Source: Escherichia coli (GTDB lineage: Bacteria; Pseudomonadota; Gammaproteobacteria; Enterobacterales; Enterobacteriaceae). Taken from it: 64,000 bases of DNA. The number at the start of each line of letters is the position of its first letter. The first letter of the stretch is position 1. Below, piece by piece: positions 35,710 through 47,059 of this stretch. Made by a program: the position numbers and the translations under genes. Location: NCBI RefSeq assembly GCF_003334385.1, contig NZ_QOWN01000020.1; one strand, 5' to 3'. Below the pieces are notes generated by a model, which saw only the letters and a program-made list of their open reading frames with translations, was not told the origin of the DNA and did no database searches.

Positions 35710-35766
35710 TTTAGTCCCGGCGCTTGAGCTGCGGTGGTAGTAATACCGCGTAACAAGATTTGTAGT

Positions 35767-35843
35767 GGTGGCTATAGCTCAGTTGGTAGAGCCCTGGATT
35801 GTGATTCCAGTTGTCGTGGGTTCGAATCCCATTAGCCACCCCA
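35767..35843 (+). tRNA. hisR: tRNA-His (anticodon GUG), with the extra 5' G(-1)
   Basis: 77 nt, GGTGGCTATAGCTCAGTTGGTAGAGC...AGCCACCCCA. Anticodon loop is TT-GTG-AT. Confidence 0.97.
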
Positions 35844-35863
35844 TTATTAGAAGTTGTGACAAT

Positions 35864-35950
35864 GCGAAGGTGGCGGAATTGGTAGACGCGCTAGCTTCAG
35901 GTGTTAGTGTCCTTACGGACGTGGGGGTTCAAGTCCCCCCCCTCGCACCA
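35864..35950 (+). tRNA. leuT: tRNA-Leu (anticodon CAG), long variable arm
   Basis: 87 nt, GCGAAGGTGGCGGAATTGGTAGACGCG...CCTCGCACCA. Anticodon loop is TT-CAG-GT. Confidence 0.97.
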
Positions 35951-35992
35951 CGACTTTAAAGAATTGAACTAAAAATTCAAAAAGCAGTATTT

Positions 35993-36069
35993 CGGCGAGT
36001 AGCGCAGCTTGGTAGCGCAACTGGTTTGGGACCAGTGGGTCGGAGGTTCGAATCCTCTCTCGCCGACCA
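35993..36069 (+). tRNA. proM: tRNA-Pro (anticodon UGG)
   Basis: 77 nt, CGGCGAGTAGCGCAGCTTGGTAGCGCA...TCGCCGACCA. Anticodon loop is TT-TGG-GA. Confidence 0.97.
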
Positions 36070-36076
36070 ATTTTGA

Positions 36077-36099
36077 ACCCCGCTTCGGCGGGGTTTTTT
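36077..36099 (+). terminator. Rho-independent terminator of the tRNA operon
   Basis: ACCCCGC-TTCG-GCGGGGT followed by T6. Confidence 0.85.
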
Positions 36100-36215
36100 G
36101 TTTTCTGTGCATTTCGTCACCCTCCCTTCGCAATAAACGCCCGTAATAACTCATTGCCCCACGGTATGATTTCGCCCTTAACGTATTGAAGGATGACTTC
36201 AGGCAAGGAGTGACC

Positions 36216-37451
36216 ATGCTGCAACAGGTTCCAACGCGTGCTTTTCATGTGATGGCGAAACCGAGTGGTTCCGATTGTAATCTGAACTGTGACTACTGTT
36301 TTTATCTCGAAAAACAATCCCTTTACCGCGAAAAGCCAGTCACGCATATGGACGATGACACGCTGGAAGCGTATGTCCGTCACTATATCGCTGCCAGCGA
36401 ACCGCAAAACGAAGTGGCTTTTACCTGGCAGGGCGGCGAACCAACGCTACTCGGGCTGGAGTTTTACCGCCGTGCCGTAGCGCTACAGGCGAAATATGGT
36501 GCTGGCAGGAAGATAAGTAACAGCTTCCAGACTAACGGCGTGCTGCTGGATGACGAATGGTGCGCGTTTCTCGCGGAGCATCATTTTCTTGTTGGTTTAT
36601 CGCTGGATGGCCCGCCTGAGATCCACAATCAATATCGCGTGACTAAAGGTGGCAGACCCACGCATAAGCTGGTGATGCGTGCCCTGACGTTCCTGCAAAA
36701 ACATCATGTCGACTATAACGTGCTGGTCTGCGTTAATCGCACCAGCGCGCAGCAACCGTTGCAGGTATATGATTTTTTGTGCGATGCGGGAGTGGAATTC
36801 ATCCAGTTTATTCCGGTGGTCGAGCGCCTGGCTGATGAAACGGCTGCCCGCGAAGGACTGAAATTGCATGCGCCTGGTGATATTCAGGGTGAGCTAACGG
36901 AATGGTCTGTGCGCCCCGATGAATTTGGTGAATTTCTGGTGGCGATTTTTGACCACTGGATCAAACGCGACGTCGGCAAGATTTTCGTGATGAATATCGA
37001 ATGGGCGTTTGCCAATTTTGTCGGTGCGCCGGGTGCGGTTTGCCATCATCAGCCAACCTGTGGGCGCTCGGTGATTGTTGAGCACAATGGCGACGTTTAC
37101 GCCTGCGATCACTATGTTTATCCGCAATATCGGCTGGGGAATATGCACCAGCAAACAATTGCAGAAATGATCGATTCCCCGCAACAGCAGGTGTTTGGTG
37201 AAGATAAATTTAAGCAGTTACCGGCGCAGTGTCGTAGTTGTAACGTGTTAAAAGCGTGCTGGGGAGGCTGCCCGAAACACCGCTTTATGCTCGATGCCAG
37301 CGGCAAGCCTGGGCTGAATTATTTATGTGCCGGGTATCAGCGTTATTTTCGCCATCTGCCGCCGTATCTTAAAGCAATGTCTGATTTGCTGGCGCATGGC
37401 CGCCCGGCCAGCGACATTATGCATGCGCATTTGCTGGTGGTGAGTAAGTAA
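36216..37451 (+). CDS. aslB: Anaerobic sulfatase-maturating enzyme homologue (radical SAM)
   Basis: ORF track 421 aa from a TTG. I chose the ATG at 36216 (411 aa), preceded by AAGGAG. Radical-SAM CNLNCDYC motif and C-terminal Cys clusters (SPASM-like) are present. Confidence 0.92.
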   Translation: MLQQVPTRAFHVMAKPSGSDCNLNCDYCFYLEKQSLYREKPVTHMDDDTLEAYVRHYIAASEPQNEVAFTWQGGEPTLLGLEFYRRAVALQAKYGAGRKISNSFQTNGVLLDDEWCAFLAEHHFLVGLSLDGPPEIHNQYRVTKGGRPTHKLVMRALTFLQKHHVDYNVLVCVNRTSAQQPLQVYDFLCDAGVEFIQFIPVVERLADETAAREGLKLHAPGDIQGELTEWSVRPDEFGEFLVAIFDHWIKRDVGKIFVMNIEWAFANFVGAPGAVCHHQPTCGRSVIVEHNGDVYACDHYVYPQYRLGNMHQQTIAEMIDSPQQQVFGEDKFKQLPAQCRSCNVLKACWGGCPKHRFMLDASGKPGLNYLCAGYQRYFRHLPPYLKAMSDLLAHGRPASDIMHAHLLVVSK

Positions 37452-37486
37452 AAAAGCGGCCATTTTGTGGCCGCCTGCGGTTGATT

Positions 37487-37591
<105 letters not shown>

Positions 37592-37618
37592 AAGGCAGAT
37601 CTCAGCGATAGCGCCGGC

Positions 37619-39274
37619 TTAGTCAGATTTAATCTGCGCGCGTGGTGGATATTTTTTCAGGATCTCCATATACGCGTGCATTTCGGTCTGTAGCGGTACA
37701 CCCATCGGAATATGGCGCACGCCGATGGAGTCGCTTTCCTGCGGATCGGTGTAGAGGTTAAACACCGACGATCCCGCCGTTTGCATTACTGTGCCGGTGA
37801 ATCCACCCTGATATCCGCTCTGGGTATAAGCGTAAGGTTGCTGAATCAGGACGTGATACTTGAACTCATCCATACGCACAGCAGCGAGTTTACCGTTGAG
37901 GAAGTAGTGCTCGGCCTTACGGTTAGACTGACCATTTGTTCCCAGGAAGAAGGATGTCTGGTCCACACCATCGATAAAGGTGGTTTTCGGCACTAAATTC
38001 GCCACTTTCGCTCCAGGATGCCCTGCCAGATCCAGCGCGGTAGGGAAGAGATCTGCCAGATCGACAATACCGTCAGATTTACGCGGTTGGATCATCCCTT
38101 TCCAGTAAACGAAAGTCGGTACGCGAACGCCGCCTTCCCAGGTCGAACCTTTCGCACCACGGAACGGGGTGCGTCCGTGCGGCGGTACTTCGGCTTCCGG
38201 TCCGTTATCGGAGGTAAAGACGATCAGCGTGTTATCAAGCTGACCGTTTTTCTCCAGTGTTTTATACAGATTAGCGAACACATCGTTCATCTCCACCATG
38301 CAGTCGCCATACGAGGTGCGTGCCGGAGAGCTACCCGCATATTTAGCGTTCGGGTAGTTATCGAAGTGACAGCCGCGAGTGCCGTAATAGAGGAAGAAAG
38401 GCTTATCGCTCTTCGCCATCTTGTCGAGGAACTTAACGCCATATTCCATCCAGCGTTGATCCAGATCTTCCATATATTTCGGCGTAATGTCGGCAATGGC
38501 CTGTTGTTCGCCGCCGCGCACTGCATGAACATCATCTTTGCTGAACGGTAATTGCTTGATGTATTCAGAACGGTCCGGACTCAGGGCCACTTCCGGATTG
38601 ACGTGAACGTCGCGCCATTCGGTGTACATATCAGACACCGAGTTAAAGCCACGGAAATCATCAAAGCCAACGTTCTGCGGCTGCGACTCTTTGTTTTCCC
38701 CCATATGCCATTTCCCGATAGCCTGGGTGACGTAACCTTGGTCGTGCAGCAATTGCGGCAGGGTGGTTAACCCTTGCAGACCTCCCGGTTGCCCGTACAT
38801 TGGCGGCATCAGAATGCCGTGGTGGATGGAGTATTGTCCGGTGAGAATGGTGGCGCGGGTTGGGGAAGAGCTTGGTTGAGAATACGCCGACGTTAAAATC
38901 AGCCCCTGGCTGGCAACTGCATCGATATCTGGTGTAGGGTTACCCACCGCCACGCCGCCACCGTTAAAACCGACGTCCATCCAGCCCACATCGTCCAGCA
39001 GGAAGATAACCACATTGGGCTTCTTACCGGTTTTTTTCTCAAGTTCTGCCAGCTTCTGCTGGGTTTCTTTATCCTGCGCCGGATGCTGCATTACTGGCAT
39101 CATGTTGTCGGCAATAGTGGTCGCCGGTTTAACCAGATACTGGTTTGGGTGATCGTATCCGGCAAAGCCTTTGCGTGCGGTGGCAGTTGACGGGGTATCT
39201 GCTGCGCTGGCCATGAGAGGAAGAGCGGCGGCGACAGCAACAACAAGACGTTTGGGTGAAAACGAAATTTCCAT
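37619..39274 (-). CDS. aslA: Putative Ser-type arylsulfatase AslA (secreted)
   Basis: ORF track 551 aa. N-terminal signal peptide ([15 protein letters not shown]). Sulfatase signature [11 protein letters not shown], with Ser at the formylglycine position. Confidence 0.95.
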   Translation of the reverse strand: MEISFSPKRLVVAVAAALPLMASAADTPSTATARKGFAGYDHPNQYLVKPATTIADNMMPVMQHPAQDKETQQKLAELEKKTGKKPNVVIFLLDDVGWMDVGFNGGGVAVGNPTPDIDAVASQGLILTSAYSQPSSSPTRATILTGQYSIHHGILMPPMYGQPGGLQGLTTLPQLLHDQGYVTQAIGKWHMGENKESQPQNVGFDDFRGFNSVSDMYTEWRDVHVNPEVALSPDRSEYIKQLPFSKDDVHAVRGGEQQAIADITPKYMEDLDQRWMEYGVKFLDKMAKSDKPFFLYYGTRGCHFDNYPNAKYAGSSPARTSYGDCMVEMNDVFANLYKTLEKNGQLDNTLIVFTSDNGPEAEVPPHGRTPFRGAKGSTWEGGVRVPTFVYWKGMIQPRKSDGIVDLADLFPTALDLAGHPGAKVANLVPKTTFIDGVDQTSFFLGTNGQSNRKAEHYFLNGKLAAVRMDEFKYHVLIQQPYAYTQSGYQGGFTGTVMQTAGSSVFNLYTDPQESDSIGVRHIPMGVPLQTEMHAYMEILKKYPPRAQIKSD

Positions 39275-39698
39275 GCAAAATGCTCCGGTTTCATGTCATC
39301 AAAATGATGACGTAATTAAGCATTGATAATTGAGATCCCTCTCCCTGACAGGATGATTACATAAATAATAGTGACAAAAATAAATTATTTATTTATCCAG
39401 AAAATGAATTGGAAAATCAGGAGAGCGTTTTCAATCCTACCTCTGGCGCAGTTGATATGTAAGGCAGGTTTATTATATCGCGTTGATTATTGATGCTGTT
39501 TTTAGTTTTAACGGCAATTAATATATGTGTTATTAATTGAATGAATTTTATCATTCATAATAAGTATGTGTAGGATCAAGCTCAGGTTAAATATTCACTC
39601 AGGAAGTTATTACTCAGGAAGCAAAGAGGATTACAGAATTATCTCATAACAAGTGTTAAGGGATGTTATTTCCCGATTCTCTGTGGCATAATAAACGA

Positions 39699-39905
39699 GT
39701 AGATGCTCATTCCATCTCTTATGTTCGCCTTAGTGCCTCATAAACTCCGGAATGACGCAGAGCCGTTTACGGTGCTTATCGTCCACTGACAGATGTCGCT
39801 TATGCCTCATCAGACACCATGGACACAACGTTGAGTGAAGCACCCACTTGTTGTCATACAGACCTGTTTTAACGCCTGCTCCGTAATAAGAGCAGGCGTT
39901 TTTTT
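39699..39905 (+). ncRNA. glmZ: GlmZ small RNA (activator of glmS translation)
   Basis: GTAGATGCTCATTCCATCTCTTATGTTCGCC...CACCCACTTGTTGTCATACAG...AACGCCTGCTCCGTAATAAGAGCAGGCGTTTTTTT matches my memory of the 207-nt E. coli GlmZ. It ends in a strong intrinsic terminator. TGgCATAAT lies 7 nt upstream of the 5' end. Confidence 0.92.
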
Positions 39906-39952
39906 ATGTGTCAGGAAGGCCCCGGAGGTGCTTGCCCCCGGGTGAGAAGGAA

Positions 39953-41149
39953 CTACTGTGGTGGGTTGTTCTGCAACGTTAACATCAAACCGTCGTGACG
40001 CATCGCTGCAGCTTCTTCCGGCTTGTGCAGTCTGTCCAGCGCGTCGGCAAGCCATGCGTAATCGTAGGCGTCCGGACGTTGTTTCAGCGCTGCGCGGAAG
40101 GCGAGCGATGCTTCCTGCCATTCTCCGTGCTTCATCAGTGACTGGCCCAGTGTGCTCCACAACAGCGGGCGATCGCCGACGTTTTTGATCTGCTGGCGCA
40201 GCACTTTTTCCAGCTGTTCCGGATTGTTGGTTTTCAGTCGAGGAATCGGCAGCAGTAGGCGATCGTCGTACTGGCGTTTCAGGCCATCGATGATAATTTG
40301 CTGGGCAGTATCATGATCGTCACATTCAATAAGATGTTCCGCCATTGCCACCTGCAACGCTACCTGATGACGCGTTTTCCGGCTTTGGTTTTTCCACCAG
40401 TTACGCAAACCTTCACTACCGTTATCGGCACGCGCCTGATCCATCAGGCCAATCCATGCCTGTTGTTCCAGCATTGCACGATGTTCTTCATCACCAACAT
40501 GGGCTTTCGCCATTGATGGGATGATATCCAGCAGAGAACTCCATGCACCTGTGCGGATATACGCCTGTTCCGCCAGACGTAATACTTCCGGATGGCGTGG
40601 CGTAACTTCCAGCAGCTTATCCACGCCGTGGCGTGCAGCATGGTTTTCATTACGGGCCAGTTGCAGACGTACACGGGTGATTTCTACCGGAATGGTGTCA
40701 TTGCCGGCCAGCTCCGCTGCGCGTTCCAGATGTTGGTTGGCGCGCGCTTCATCACCACGTTGTTGCGCGGCTTCGGCAGCCAGTAGATAGTTCACCACCG
40801 GTTGTTCAGCGTGATCGGCATTTTTCGCCATCAGCTTTTCAACTTGCTGATAATCGCCTTCCGCCAGTTTCAGCAGCGCCTGTTCGGTCTGCTTACGTGC
40901 ACGGCGACGCTTACGCCCGACAAACCACCCACGGGTGTGCGCGCCAGTGCGGAAGATCCGCCGCAGTAGCCACTCAATGGCAAACAGCACTACCATCGCC
41001 AGAATCAATATGATCGCCAGGCCCGTGACGCTGGTTTCGATATTGTAGTTGTCGGTCTGGATCAGCACATAACCCTGATGACCGGCAATCATCGGGCCAA
41101 CCACTATCCCCGCAATCAGCAACACAAAGAGTAATAACACTTTTAGCAT
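39953..41149 (-). CDS. hemY: HemY (membrane TPR protein of the hem operon)
   Basis: ORF track 398 aa. Two N-terminal TM segments, then TPR-like repeats. Recognised as HemY. Confidence 0.95.
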   Translation of the reverse strand: MLKVLLLFVLLIAGIVVGPMIAGHQGYVLIQTDNYNIETSVTGLAIILILAMVVLFAIEWLLRRIFRTGAHTRGWFVGRKRRRARKQTEQALLKLAEGDYQQVEKLMAKNADHAEQPVVNYLLAAEAAQQRGDEARANQHLERAAELAGNDTIPVEITRVRLQLARNENHAARHGVDKLLEVTPRHPEVLRLAEQAYIRTGAWSSLLDIIPSMAKAHVGDEEHRAMLEQQAWIGLMDQARADNGSEGLRNWWKNQSRKTRHQVALQVAMAEHLIECDDHDTAQQIIIDGLKRQYDDRLLLPIPRLKTNNPEQLEKVLRQQIKNVGDRPLLWSTLGQSLMKHGEWQEASLAFRAALKQRPDAYDYAWLADALDRLHKPEEAAAMRHDGLMLTLQNNPPQ

Positions 41150-41151
41150 GG

Positions 41152-42387
41152 TTATTCTCCTTGCGGCGCGGCTGCCGGAGTATCACCTTGCGGTGCAGGT
41201 GCAGGTGCAGGTGCAGGTGCAGGTGCAGGTGCAGGTGCAGGTGCAGGTGCAGGTGCAGGTTTAGCTTCCGTTGTCCCTGCTGCCGGTTGTGCCAGCAGGT
41301 TACGCACGCGAGTCTGCATCAGTTTTTCCAGCATCGCCTGGCTTTGCAGGGTTTCCGGAAGATCCATCGAGATATTTTGCTGGCTTAACTGGTCCACCTC
41401 GTCGAGGAACGCTTTGGTGGTGGCATCATCAGTATCGTAGTAAGCACGTACCCAGGTGGAGACGTTCTCCAGCGCCTGGCGATAAGTCTCTTCCTGGTGA
41501 CGCGGTACAGCTTGTGCTGCGACCAGCAGGCGAGAGCGAATATTTTCGCGCAGATAGATATCCTGATTTGGCGCTAACAGCGGTACGGCGGTGTCATCAC
41601 GACGGCGAATCGTAATGAAGTTGTCCATAAAGTTCTGCCAGCTTTTTTGCAGATTGATACGCCATTCGCTGATGGAACTGGAAAGCTCTTCACCGTCTGA
41701 ATCCATCGGCGAACCATCGCTGTCATTATCGGCCAGACGCAGGTTATCTACCTGATTTGAAAGCTGATTAAGCTTAAGGATGATGCCGTCATAATCCACC
41801 TGCGATACTGCAGAAAGGCTGGCGATATCATCGGTAATTGCCCGACGAACGGTAATCAGACTCGGGTCATTCATATCCGCCAGGCTGGCGTCTGCACTTT
41901 TCAGCAACGCTGCAGCGGTCGTGACGTCCTGATCGCTCCACAGCTTCCGTCCGGCGAGTTTCACCAGAAAATCGGCCTGAGCCAGCAGCCAGGTTTTAGC
42001 ATCGCTGCCGGAAATGGTGGCGACCTTTTGTTGGACCTCATCCAACTGTTTTGCCAGCGTTTCTTGCTGACGATTCGCCTGCTTAAGCTGTGCAGCTTGT
42101 TGCTTAATAATGCCTTCCAGCTCGGCTTTTTGGCTCTCCTGGGCTTTTTGCAATGCCGTCAGTTGGTTAGCCAGGGCATCGCTGGTGGCGGTCTGATTGA
42201 CGGCCTGTTGTTTACCCCAGCCATACAAACCGACGCCCGCCGCCAGAGCAATAGCGATAGCCACCGCGCTGAGAATCAATGCGGTATTGTTCTTACTCTT
42301 TTTTTCTGTTGCGACAGGTTGTGACGTGGTGTCCACGGCCTCCCTGGTCTCTTCAACCACGGCGGAGGTTTTTTCTTGTTCCGTCAT
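41152..42387 (-). CDS. hemX: HemX (membrane-anchored coiled-coil protein) with an expanded C-terminal (Pro-Ala) repeat
   Basis: ORF track 411 aa. One TM segment ([22 protein letters not shown]), Q/A/K-rich coiled coil, and a C-terminal KP(AP)n tail. Confidence 0.93.
   Translation of the reverse strand: MTEQEKTSAVVEETREAVDTTSQPVATEKKSKNNTALILSAVAIAIALAAGVGLYGWGKQQAVNQTATSDALANQLTALQKAQESQKAELEGIIKQQAAQLKQANRQQETLAKQLDEVQQKVATISGSDAKTWLLAQADFLVKLAGRKLWSDQDVTTAAALLKSADASLADMNDPSLITVRRAITDDIASLSAVSQVDYDGIILKLNQLSNQVDNLRLADNDSDGSPMDSDGEELSSSISEWRINLQKSWQNFMDNFITIRRRDDTAVPLLAPNQDIYLRENIRSRLLVAAQAVPRHQEETYRQALENVSTWVRAYYDTDDATTKAFLDEVDQLSQQNISMDLPETLQSQAMLEKLMQTRVRNLLAQPAAGTTEAKPAPAPAPAPAPAPAPAPAPAPAPQGDTPAAAPQGE
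41192..41257. repeat. Perfect tandem hexanucleotide repeat (GGTGCA)x11 inside hemX
   Basis: I counted 11 identical GGTGCA units starting at 41192 and then every 6 nt, ending at 41257. On the coding (minus) strand this is (CCT GCA)11, encoding (Pro-Ala)11. Confidence 0.95.
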
Positions 42388-42408
42388 TATGGCTTCCTGT
42401 TATGAGAG

Positions 42409-43149
42409 TTATTGTAATGCCCGTAAAAGCGCATCGTTGTCAGCGTTATCGGCGACCTTAATGTCTTGCCAGCCCAGTTCCCGGGCGAGTTTCGCCAAAC
42501 GCTCACTGACGACCAATAGTCGACAGTGTAGTAACCAGTGCTCACGATACCATTGTGGGATCAGCGACCAGAGTTGCTGCAACATTTCACCGCTGGTAAC
42601 AACGACCGTCGTCACCTCGCGGGATTGCCAGCGCATCGCTTCTTCTGCACCATCGTAATGGATTGCGCATCGTTGATAACATTCACAAAAAGTGACCTCA
42701 GCACCGCGCGCCGTCAGGGTATCCCCAATTAGCTCACGACCACCATTGCCACGTAATATCAGCGCACGTTTGCCCGCAATATTTTGTAATTCAGGTAATT
42801 GTAGCAAGACTTCGCTGATTTCCCGATCCTGCGGGTAGAGAATCTTCTGTCCGCTTACGGTATGTAGTGCCAGTGCGGTGGTGCGTCCAATGGCGAAATA
42901 ATCAGGTAGTCGGGGCCATTTACGATCTTGCTGATGCAGCTGTGATTGGGCAAAAGCAACCGCGTGTTGCGAGAGGGCAAACAACAGATCGCTCTCCCCC
43001 AGCGCTGCCAGTTGATCAGCAAGTTGCGGTAATTGTTGACCCGGAGAAAACTCAATCAGCGGAAAATGCCAGGCCACCTGCCCCAGTGTGCGCAGACGGC
43101 TCACTAACTCTTCTCCAGCGGGAGACGGGCGGGTGACAAGGATACTCAT
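42409..43149 (-). CDS. hemD: Uroporphyrinogen-III synthase
   Basis: ORF track 246 aa, [20 protein letters not shown]... Recognised as HemD. Confidence 0.95.
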   Translation of the reverse strand: MSILVTRPSPAGEELVSRLRTLGQVAWHFPLIEFSPGQQLPQLADQLAALGESDLLFALSQHAVAFAQSQLHQQDRKWPRLPDYFAIGRTTALALHTVSGQKILYPQDREISEVLLQLPELQNIAGKRALILRGNGGRELIGDTLTARGAEVTFCECYQRCAIHYDGAEEAMRWQSREVTTVVVTSGEMLQQLWSLIPQWYREHWLLHCRLLVVSERLAKLARELGWQDIKVADNADNDALLRALQ

Positions 43150-44087
43150 GCCGGGGCGTCTCCGTTATAGACTTCAGCGAGGATCTCGCGCGCGCCGTTA
43201 TTCAGTAGCTCTTCTGCCAGCGAAATCCCCATTTGTTCGGCATCTTGCGGCGCACCGCGGCGTTCACCGCGAATAATCTGCGAACCGTCCGGCGCGCCGA
43301 CCAGCGCACGCAGCCAGATTTCGCCATCAATAAGCTCGGCGTAGCTACCAATTGGCACCTGACATCCGCCTTCGAGACGGGTATTCATGGCGCGTTCTGC
43401 GGTAACGCGCAGTGCAGTTTCGTGGTGATTCAGCGCGGCAAGCAGCTCGCGAGTGCGTGAATCATCAAGGCGGCATTCAATACCCACCGCACCTTGTCCT
43501 ACCGCCGGAAGAGAAATCTCGGGTGGCAACGCGGCGCGAATACGTGACTCCAGACCTAAACGTTTTAGTCCGGCTACGGCAAGAATGATGGCATCGTATT
43601 CGCCGTTATCCAGTTTGCTCAGGCGAGTGCCGACGTTGCCGCGCAGGGAGCGGATAATCAGATCCGGACGGCGTTCAGCCAGTTGGCACTGGCGACGTAA
43701 ACTGGACGTCCCGACGATACTGCCTGCCGGTAACGCATCCAGACTGTCATAGTTATTGGACACAAAGGCATCGCGAGGATCTTCACGCTCACAAATAGTG
43801 ACCAGTCCCAGACCTTGCGGGAATTCAACCGGCACATCTTTCATTGAGTGTACGGCGATATCGGCGCGATTTTCGAGGAGCGCGACTTCCAGCTCTTTTA
43901 CAAATAAGCCTTTTCCGCCTACTTTCGCCAGCGGCGTATCAAGAATCACATCGCCGCGCGTCACCATCGGTACCAGTTCAACGACCAGGCCCGGATGGCT
44001 CGCCATCAACTTGTCTTTGACATAGTGTGCCTGCCAGAGTGCAAGTGGGCTTTGGCGTGTGGCAATTCTTAAAACATTGTCTAACAT
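43146..44087 (-). CDS. hemC: Porphobilinogen deaminase (hydroxymethylbilane synthase)
   Basis: ORF track 320 aa. I chose the ATG at 44087 (313 aa, [20 protein letters not shown]). The 320-aa start at 44108 remains possible. 4-nt overlap with hemD. Confidence 0.9.
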
Positions 44088-44304
44088 GCTTGTTACCGTC
44101 ATTATCATCCGTGGTCCATCCTAACATCCTTGCCAGAGTGATGTCAGTGTTGTGGTGAAACGTAGACGCCTGCGCAAACCGTAAAATGAGGTCTGGCAGT
44201 GGATCCTGACAGGCGTTTCACGCCGTTGTAATAAGGAATTTACAGAGAATAAACGGTGCTACACTTGTATGTAGCGCATCTTTCTTTACGGTCAATCAGC
44301 AAGG

Positions 44305-44320
44305 TGTTAAATTGATCACG
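44305..44320. promoter_or_regulatory. cAMP-CRP binding site in the cyaA promoter region
   Basis: TGTTA-AATTGA-TCACG against the consensus TGTGA-N6-TCACA, about 155 nt upstream of the cyaA TTG start. This is consistent with the known negative autoregulation of cyaA by cAMP-CRP. Confidence 0.55.
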
Positions 44321-44473
44321 TTTTAGACCATTTTTTCGTCGTGAAACTAAAAAAACCAGGCGCGAAAAGTGGTAACGGTTACCTTTGACATACGAAATAT
44401 CCCGAATGCCGCGTGTTACCGTTGATGTTGGCGGAATCACAGTCATGACGGGTAGCAAATCAGGCGATACGTC

Positions 44474-47020
44474 TTGTACCTCTATATTGAGACTCTGAAA
44501 CAGAGACTGGATGCCATAAATCAATTGCGTGTGGATCGCGCGCTTGCTGCTATGGGGCCTGCATTCCAACAGGTCTACAGTCTACTGCCGACATTGTTGC
44601 ACTATCACCATCCGCTAATGCCGGGTTACCTTGATGGTAACGTTCCCAAAGGCATTTGCCTTTACACGCCTGATGAAACTCAACGCCACTACCTGAACGA
44701 GCTTGAACTGTATCGTGGAATGTCAGTACAGGATCCGCCGAAAGGTGAGCTTCCAATTACTGGTGTATACACCATGGGCAGCACCTCGTCCGTAGGGCAA
44801 AGTTGTTCCTCTGACCTGGATATCTGGGTCTGTCATCAATCCTGGCTCGATAGCGAAGAGCGCCAATTGCTACAACGTAAATGTAGCCTGCTGGAAAACT
44901 GGGCCGCCTCGCTGGGTGTGGAAGTCAGCTTCTTCCTGATTGATGAAAACCGCTTCCGTCATAATGAAAGCGGCAGCCTGGGGGGCGAAGATTGTGGCTC
45001 CACCCAGCATATACTGCTGCTTGACGAATTTTATCGTACCGCCGTGCGTCTCGCCGGTAAGCGTATTCTGTGGAATATGGTGCCGTGCGACGAAGAAGAG
45101 CATTACGACGACTATGTGATGACGCTTTACGCGCAGGGCGTGCTGACGCCAAATGAATGGCTGGATCTCGGTGGCTTAAGCTCGCTTTCTGCTGAAGAGT
45201 ACTTTGGTGCCAGCCTTTGGCAGCTCTACAAGAGTATCGATTCCCCATACAAAGCGGTACTGAAAACACTGCTGCTGGAAGCCTATTCCTGGGAATACCC
45301 GAACCCACGTCTGCTGGCGAAAGATATCAAACAGCGTTTGCACGACGGCGAGATTGTATCGTTTGGTCTCGATCCATACTGCATGATGCTGGAGCGTGTT
45401 ACTGAATACCTGACGGCGATTGAAGATTTTACCCGTCTGGATTTAGTACGTCGCTGCTTCTATTTAAAAGTGTGCGAAAAGCTCAGCCGTGAACGCGCCT
45501 GCGTAGGCTGGCGTCGCGCAGTGTTGAGCCAGTTAGTGAGCGAGTGGGGTTGGGACGAAGCTCGTCTGGCAATGCTCGATAACCGCGCTAACTGGAAGAT
45601 TGATCAGGTGCGTGAGGCGCACAACGAGTTGCTCGACGCGATGATGCAGAGCTACCGTAATCTGATCCGCTTTGCGCGTCGCAATAACCTTAGCGTCTCC
45701 GCCAGTCCGCAGGATATCGGCGTGCTGACGCGTAAGCTGTATGCCGCGTTTGAAGCATTACCAGGTAAAGTGACGCTGGTAAACCCGCAGATTTCACCCG
45801 ATCTCTCGGAACCGAATCTGACCTTTATTTATGTGCCGCCGGGCCGGGCTAACCGTTCAGGTTGGTATCTGTATAACCGCGCGCCAAATATTGAGTCGAT
45901 CATCAGCCATCAGCCGCTGGAATATAACCGTTACCTGAATAAACTGGTGGCGTGGGCATGGTTTAACGGCCTGCTGACCTCGCGCACCCGTTTGTATATT
46001 AAAGGTAACGGCATTGTCGATTTGCCTAAGTTGCAGGAGATGGTCGCCGACGTGTCGCACCATTTCCCGCTGCGCTTACCTGCACCGACACCGAAGGCGC
46101 TCTACAGCCCGTGTGAGATCCGCCATCTGGCGATTATCGTTAACCTGGAATATGACCCGACAGCGGCGTTCCGCAATCAGGTGGTGCATTTCGATTTCCG
46201 TAAGCTGGATGTCTTCAGCTTTGGCGAGAATCAAAATTGCCTGGTAGGTAGCGTTGACCTGCTGTACCGCAACTCGTGGAACGAAGTGCGTACGCTGCAC
46301 TTCAACGGCGAGCAATCGATGATCGAAGCCCTGAAAACTATTCTCGGCAAAATGCATCAGGACGCCGCACCGCCAGATAGCGTGGAAGTCTTCTGTTATA
46401 GCCAGCATCTGCGCGGCTTAATTCGTACTCGCGTGCAGCAACTGGTTTCTGAGTGTATTGAATTGCGTCTTTCCAGCACCCGCCAGGAAACCGGGCGTTT
46501 CAAGGCGCTGCGCGTTTCTGGTCAAACCTGGGGGTTGTTCTTCGAACGCCTGAATGTATCGGTACAGAAACTGGAAAACGCCATCGAGTTTTATGGCGCG
46601 ATTTCGCATAACAAACTGCACGGCCTGTCAGTGCAGGTTGAAACCAATCACGTCAAATTACCGGCGGTGGTGGACGGCTTTGCCAGCGAAGGGATCATCC
46701 AGTTCTTTTTCGAAGAAACGCAAGACGAGAATGGCTTTAATATCTACATTCTCGACGAAAGCAACCGGGTTGAGGTATATCACCACTGCGAAGGCAGCAA
46801 AGAGGAGCTGGTACGTGACGTCAGTCGCTTCTACTCGTCATCGCATGACCGTTTTACCTACGGCTCAAGCTTCATCAACTTCAACCTGCCGCAGTTCTAT
46901 CAGATTGTGAAGGTTGATGGTCGTGAACAGGTGATTCCGTTCCGCACAAAATCTATCGGTAACATGCCGCCTGCCAATCAGGATCACGATACGCCGCTAT
47001 TACAGCAATATTTTTCGTGA
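44474..47020 (+). CDS. cyaA: Adenylate cyclase (class I)
   Basis: ORF track 848 aa. TTG start at 44474-44476, as is known for cya[25 protein letters not shown]... Confidence 0.96.
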   Translation: MYLYIETLKQRLDAINQLRVDRALAAMGPAFQQVYSLLPTLLHYHHPLMPGYLDGNVPKGICLYTPDETQRHYLNELELYRGMSVQDPPKGELPITGVYTMGSTSSVGQSCSSDLDIWVCHQSWLDSEERQLLQRKCSLLENWAASLGVEVSFFLIDENRFRHNESGSLGGEDCGSTQHILLLDEFYRTAVRLAGKRILWNMVPCDEEEHYDDYVMTLYAQGVLTPNEWLDLGGLSSLSAEEYFGASLWQLYKSIDSPYKAVLKTLLLEAYSWEYPNPRLLAKDIKQRLHDGEIVSFGLDPYCMMLERVTEYLTAIEDFTRLDLVRRCFYLKVCEKLSRERACVGWRRAVLSQLVSEWGWDEARLAMLDNRANWKIDQVREAHNELLDAMMQSYRNLIRFARRNNLSVSASPQDIGVLTRKLYAAFEALPGKVTLVNPQISPDLSEPNLTFIYVPPGRANRSGWYLYNRAPNIESIISHQPLEYNRYLNKLVAWAWFNGLLTSRTRLYIKGNGIVDLPKLQEMVADVSHHFPLRLPAPTPKALYSPCEIRHLAIIVNLEYDPTAAFRNQVVHFDFRKLDVFSFGENQNCLVGSVDLLYRNSWNEVRTLHFNGEQSMIEALKTILGKMHQDAAPPDSVEVFCYSQHLRGLIRTRVQQLVSECIELRLSSTRQETGRFKALRVSGQTWGLFFERLNVSVQKLENAIEFYGAISHNKLHGLSVQVETNHVKLPAVVDGFASEGIIQFFFEETQDENGFNIYILDESNRVEVYHHCEGSKEELVRDVSRFYSSSHDRFTYGSSFINFNLPQFYQIVKVDGREQVIPFRTKSIGNMPPANQDHDTPLLQQYFS

Positions 47021-47026
47021 TGAACG

Positions 47027-47050
47027 TGCCGGAAAGCGAGGCTTATCCGG
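47027..47050. repeat. Degenerate REP-like hairpin between convergent cyaA and cyaY
   Basis: GCCGGAAAGCGAGGCTTATCCGGC: GCCGG / CCGGC arms with REP-like TTATCCGGC. It probably acts as a terminator or mRNA-end structure. Confidence 0.45.
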
Positions 47051-47059
47051 CATGCAATC

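Noticed and set aside
35765-36217. ORFs of 64 aa (plus strand) and 82 aa (minus strand) across the tRNA cluster.
   Set aside because: They are translations of the hisR, leuT and proM tRNA genes and their spacers.
39810-40188. ORFs of 116 aa (minus strand) and 76 aa (plus strand) around the GlmZ/hemY junction.
   Set aside because: One overlaps the GlmZ RNA and its terminator, and the other is antisense to hemY. Neither has a translation signal.
41161-41388. A 75-aa ORF with an RCRCRC... repeat on the plus strand.
   Set aside because: It is the opposite-strand reading of the hemX (GGTGCA)11 repeat and not an independent gene. The repeat has no spacers and is not a CRISPR array.
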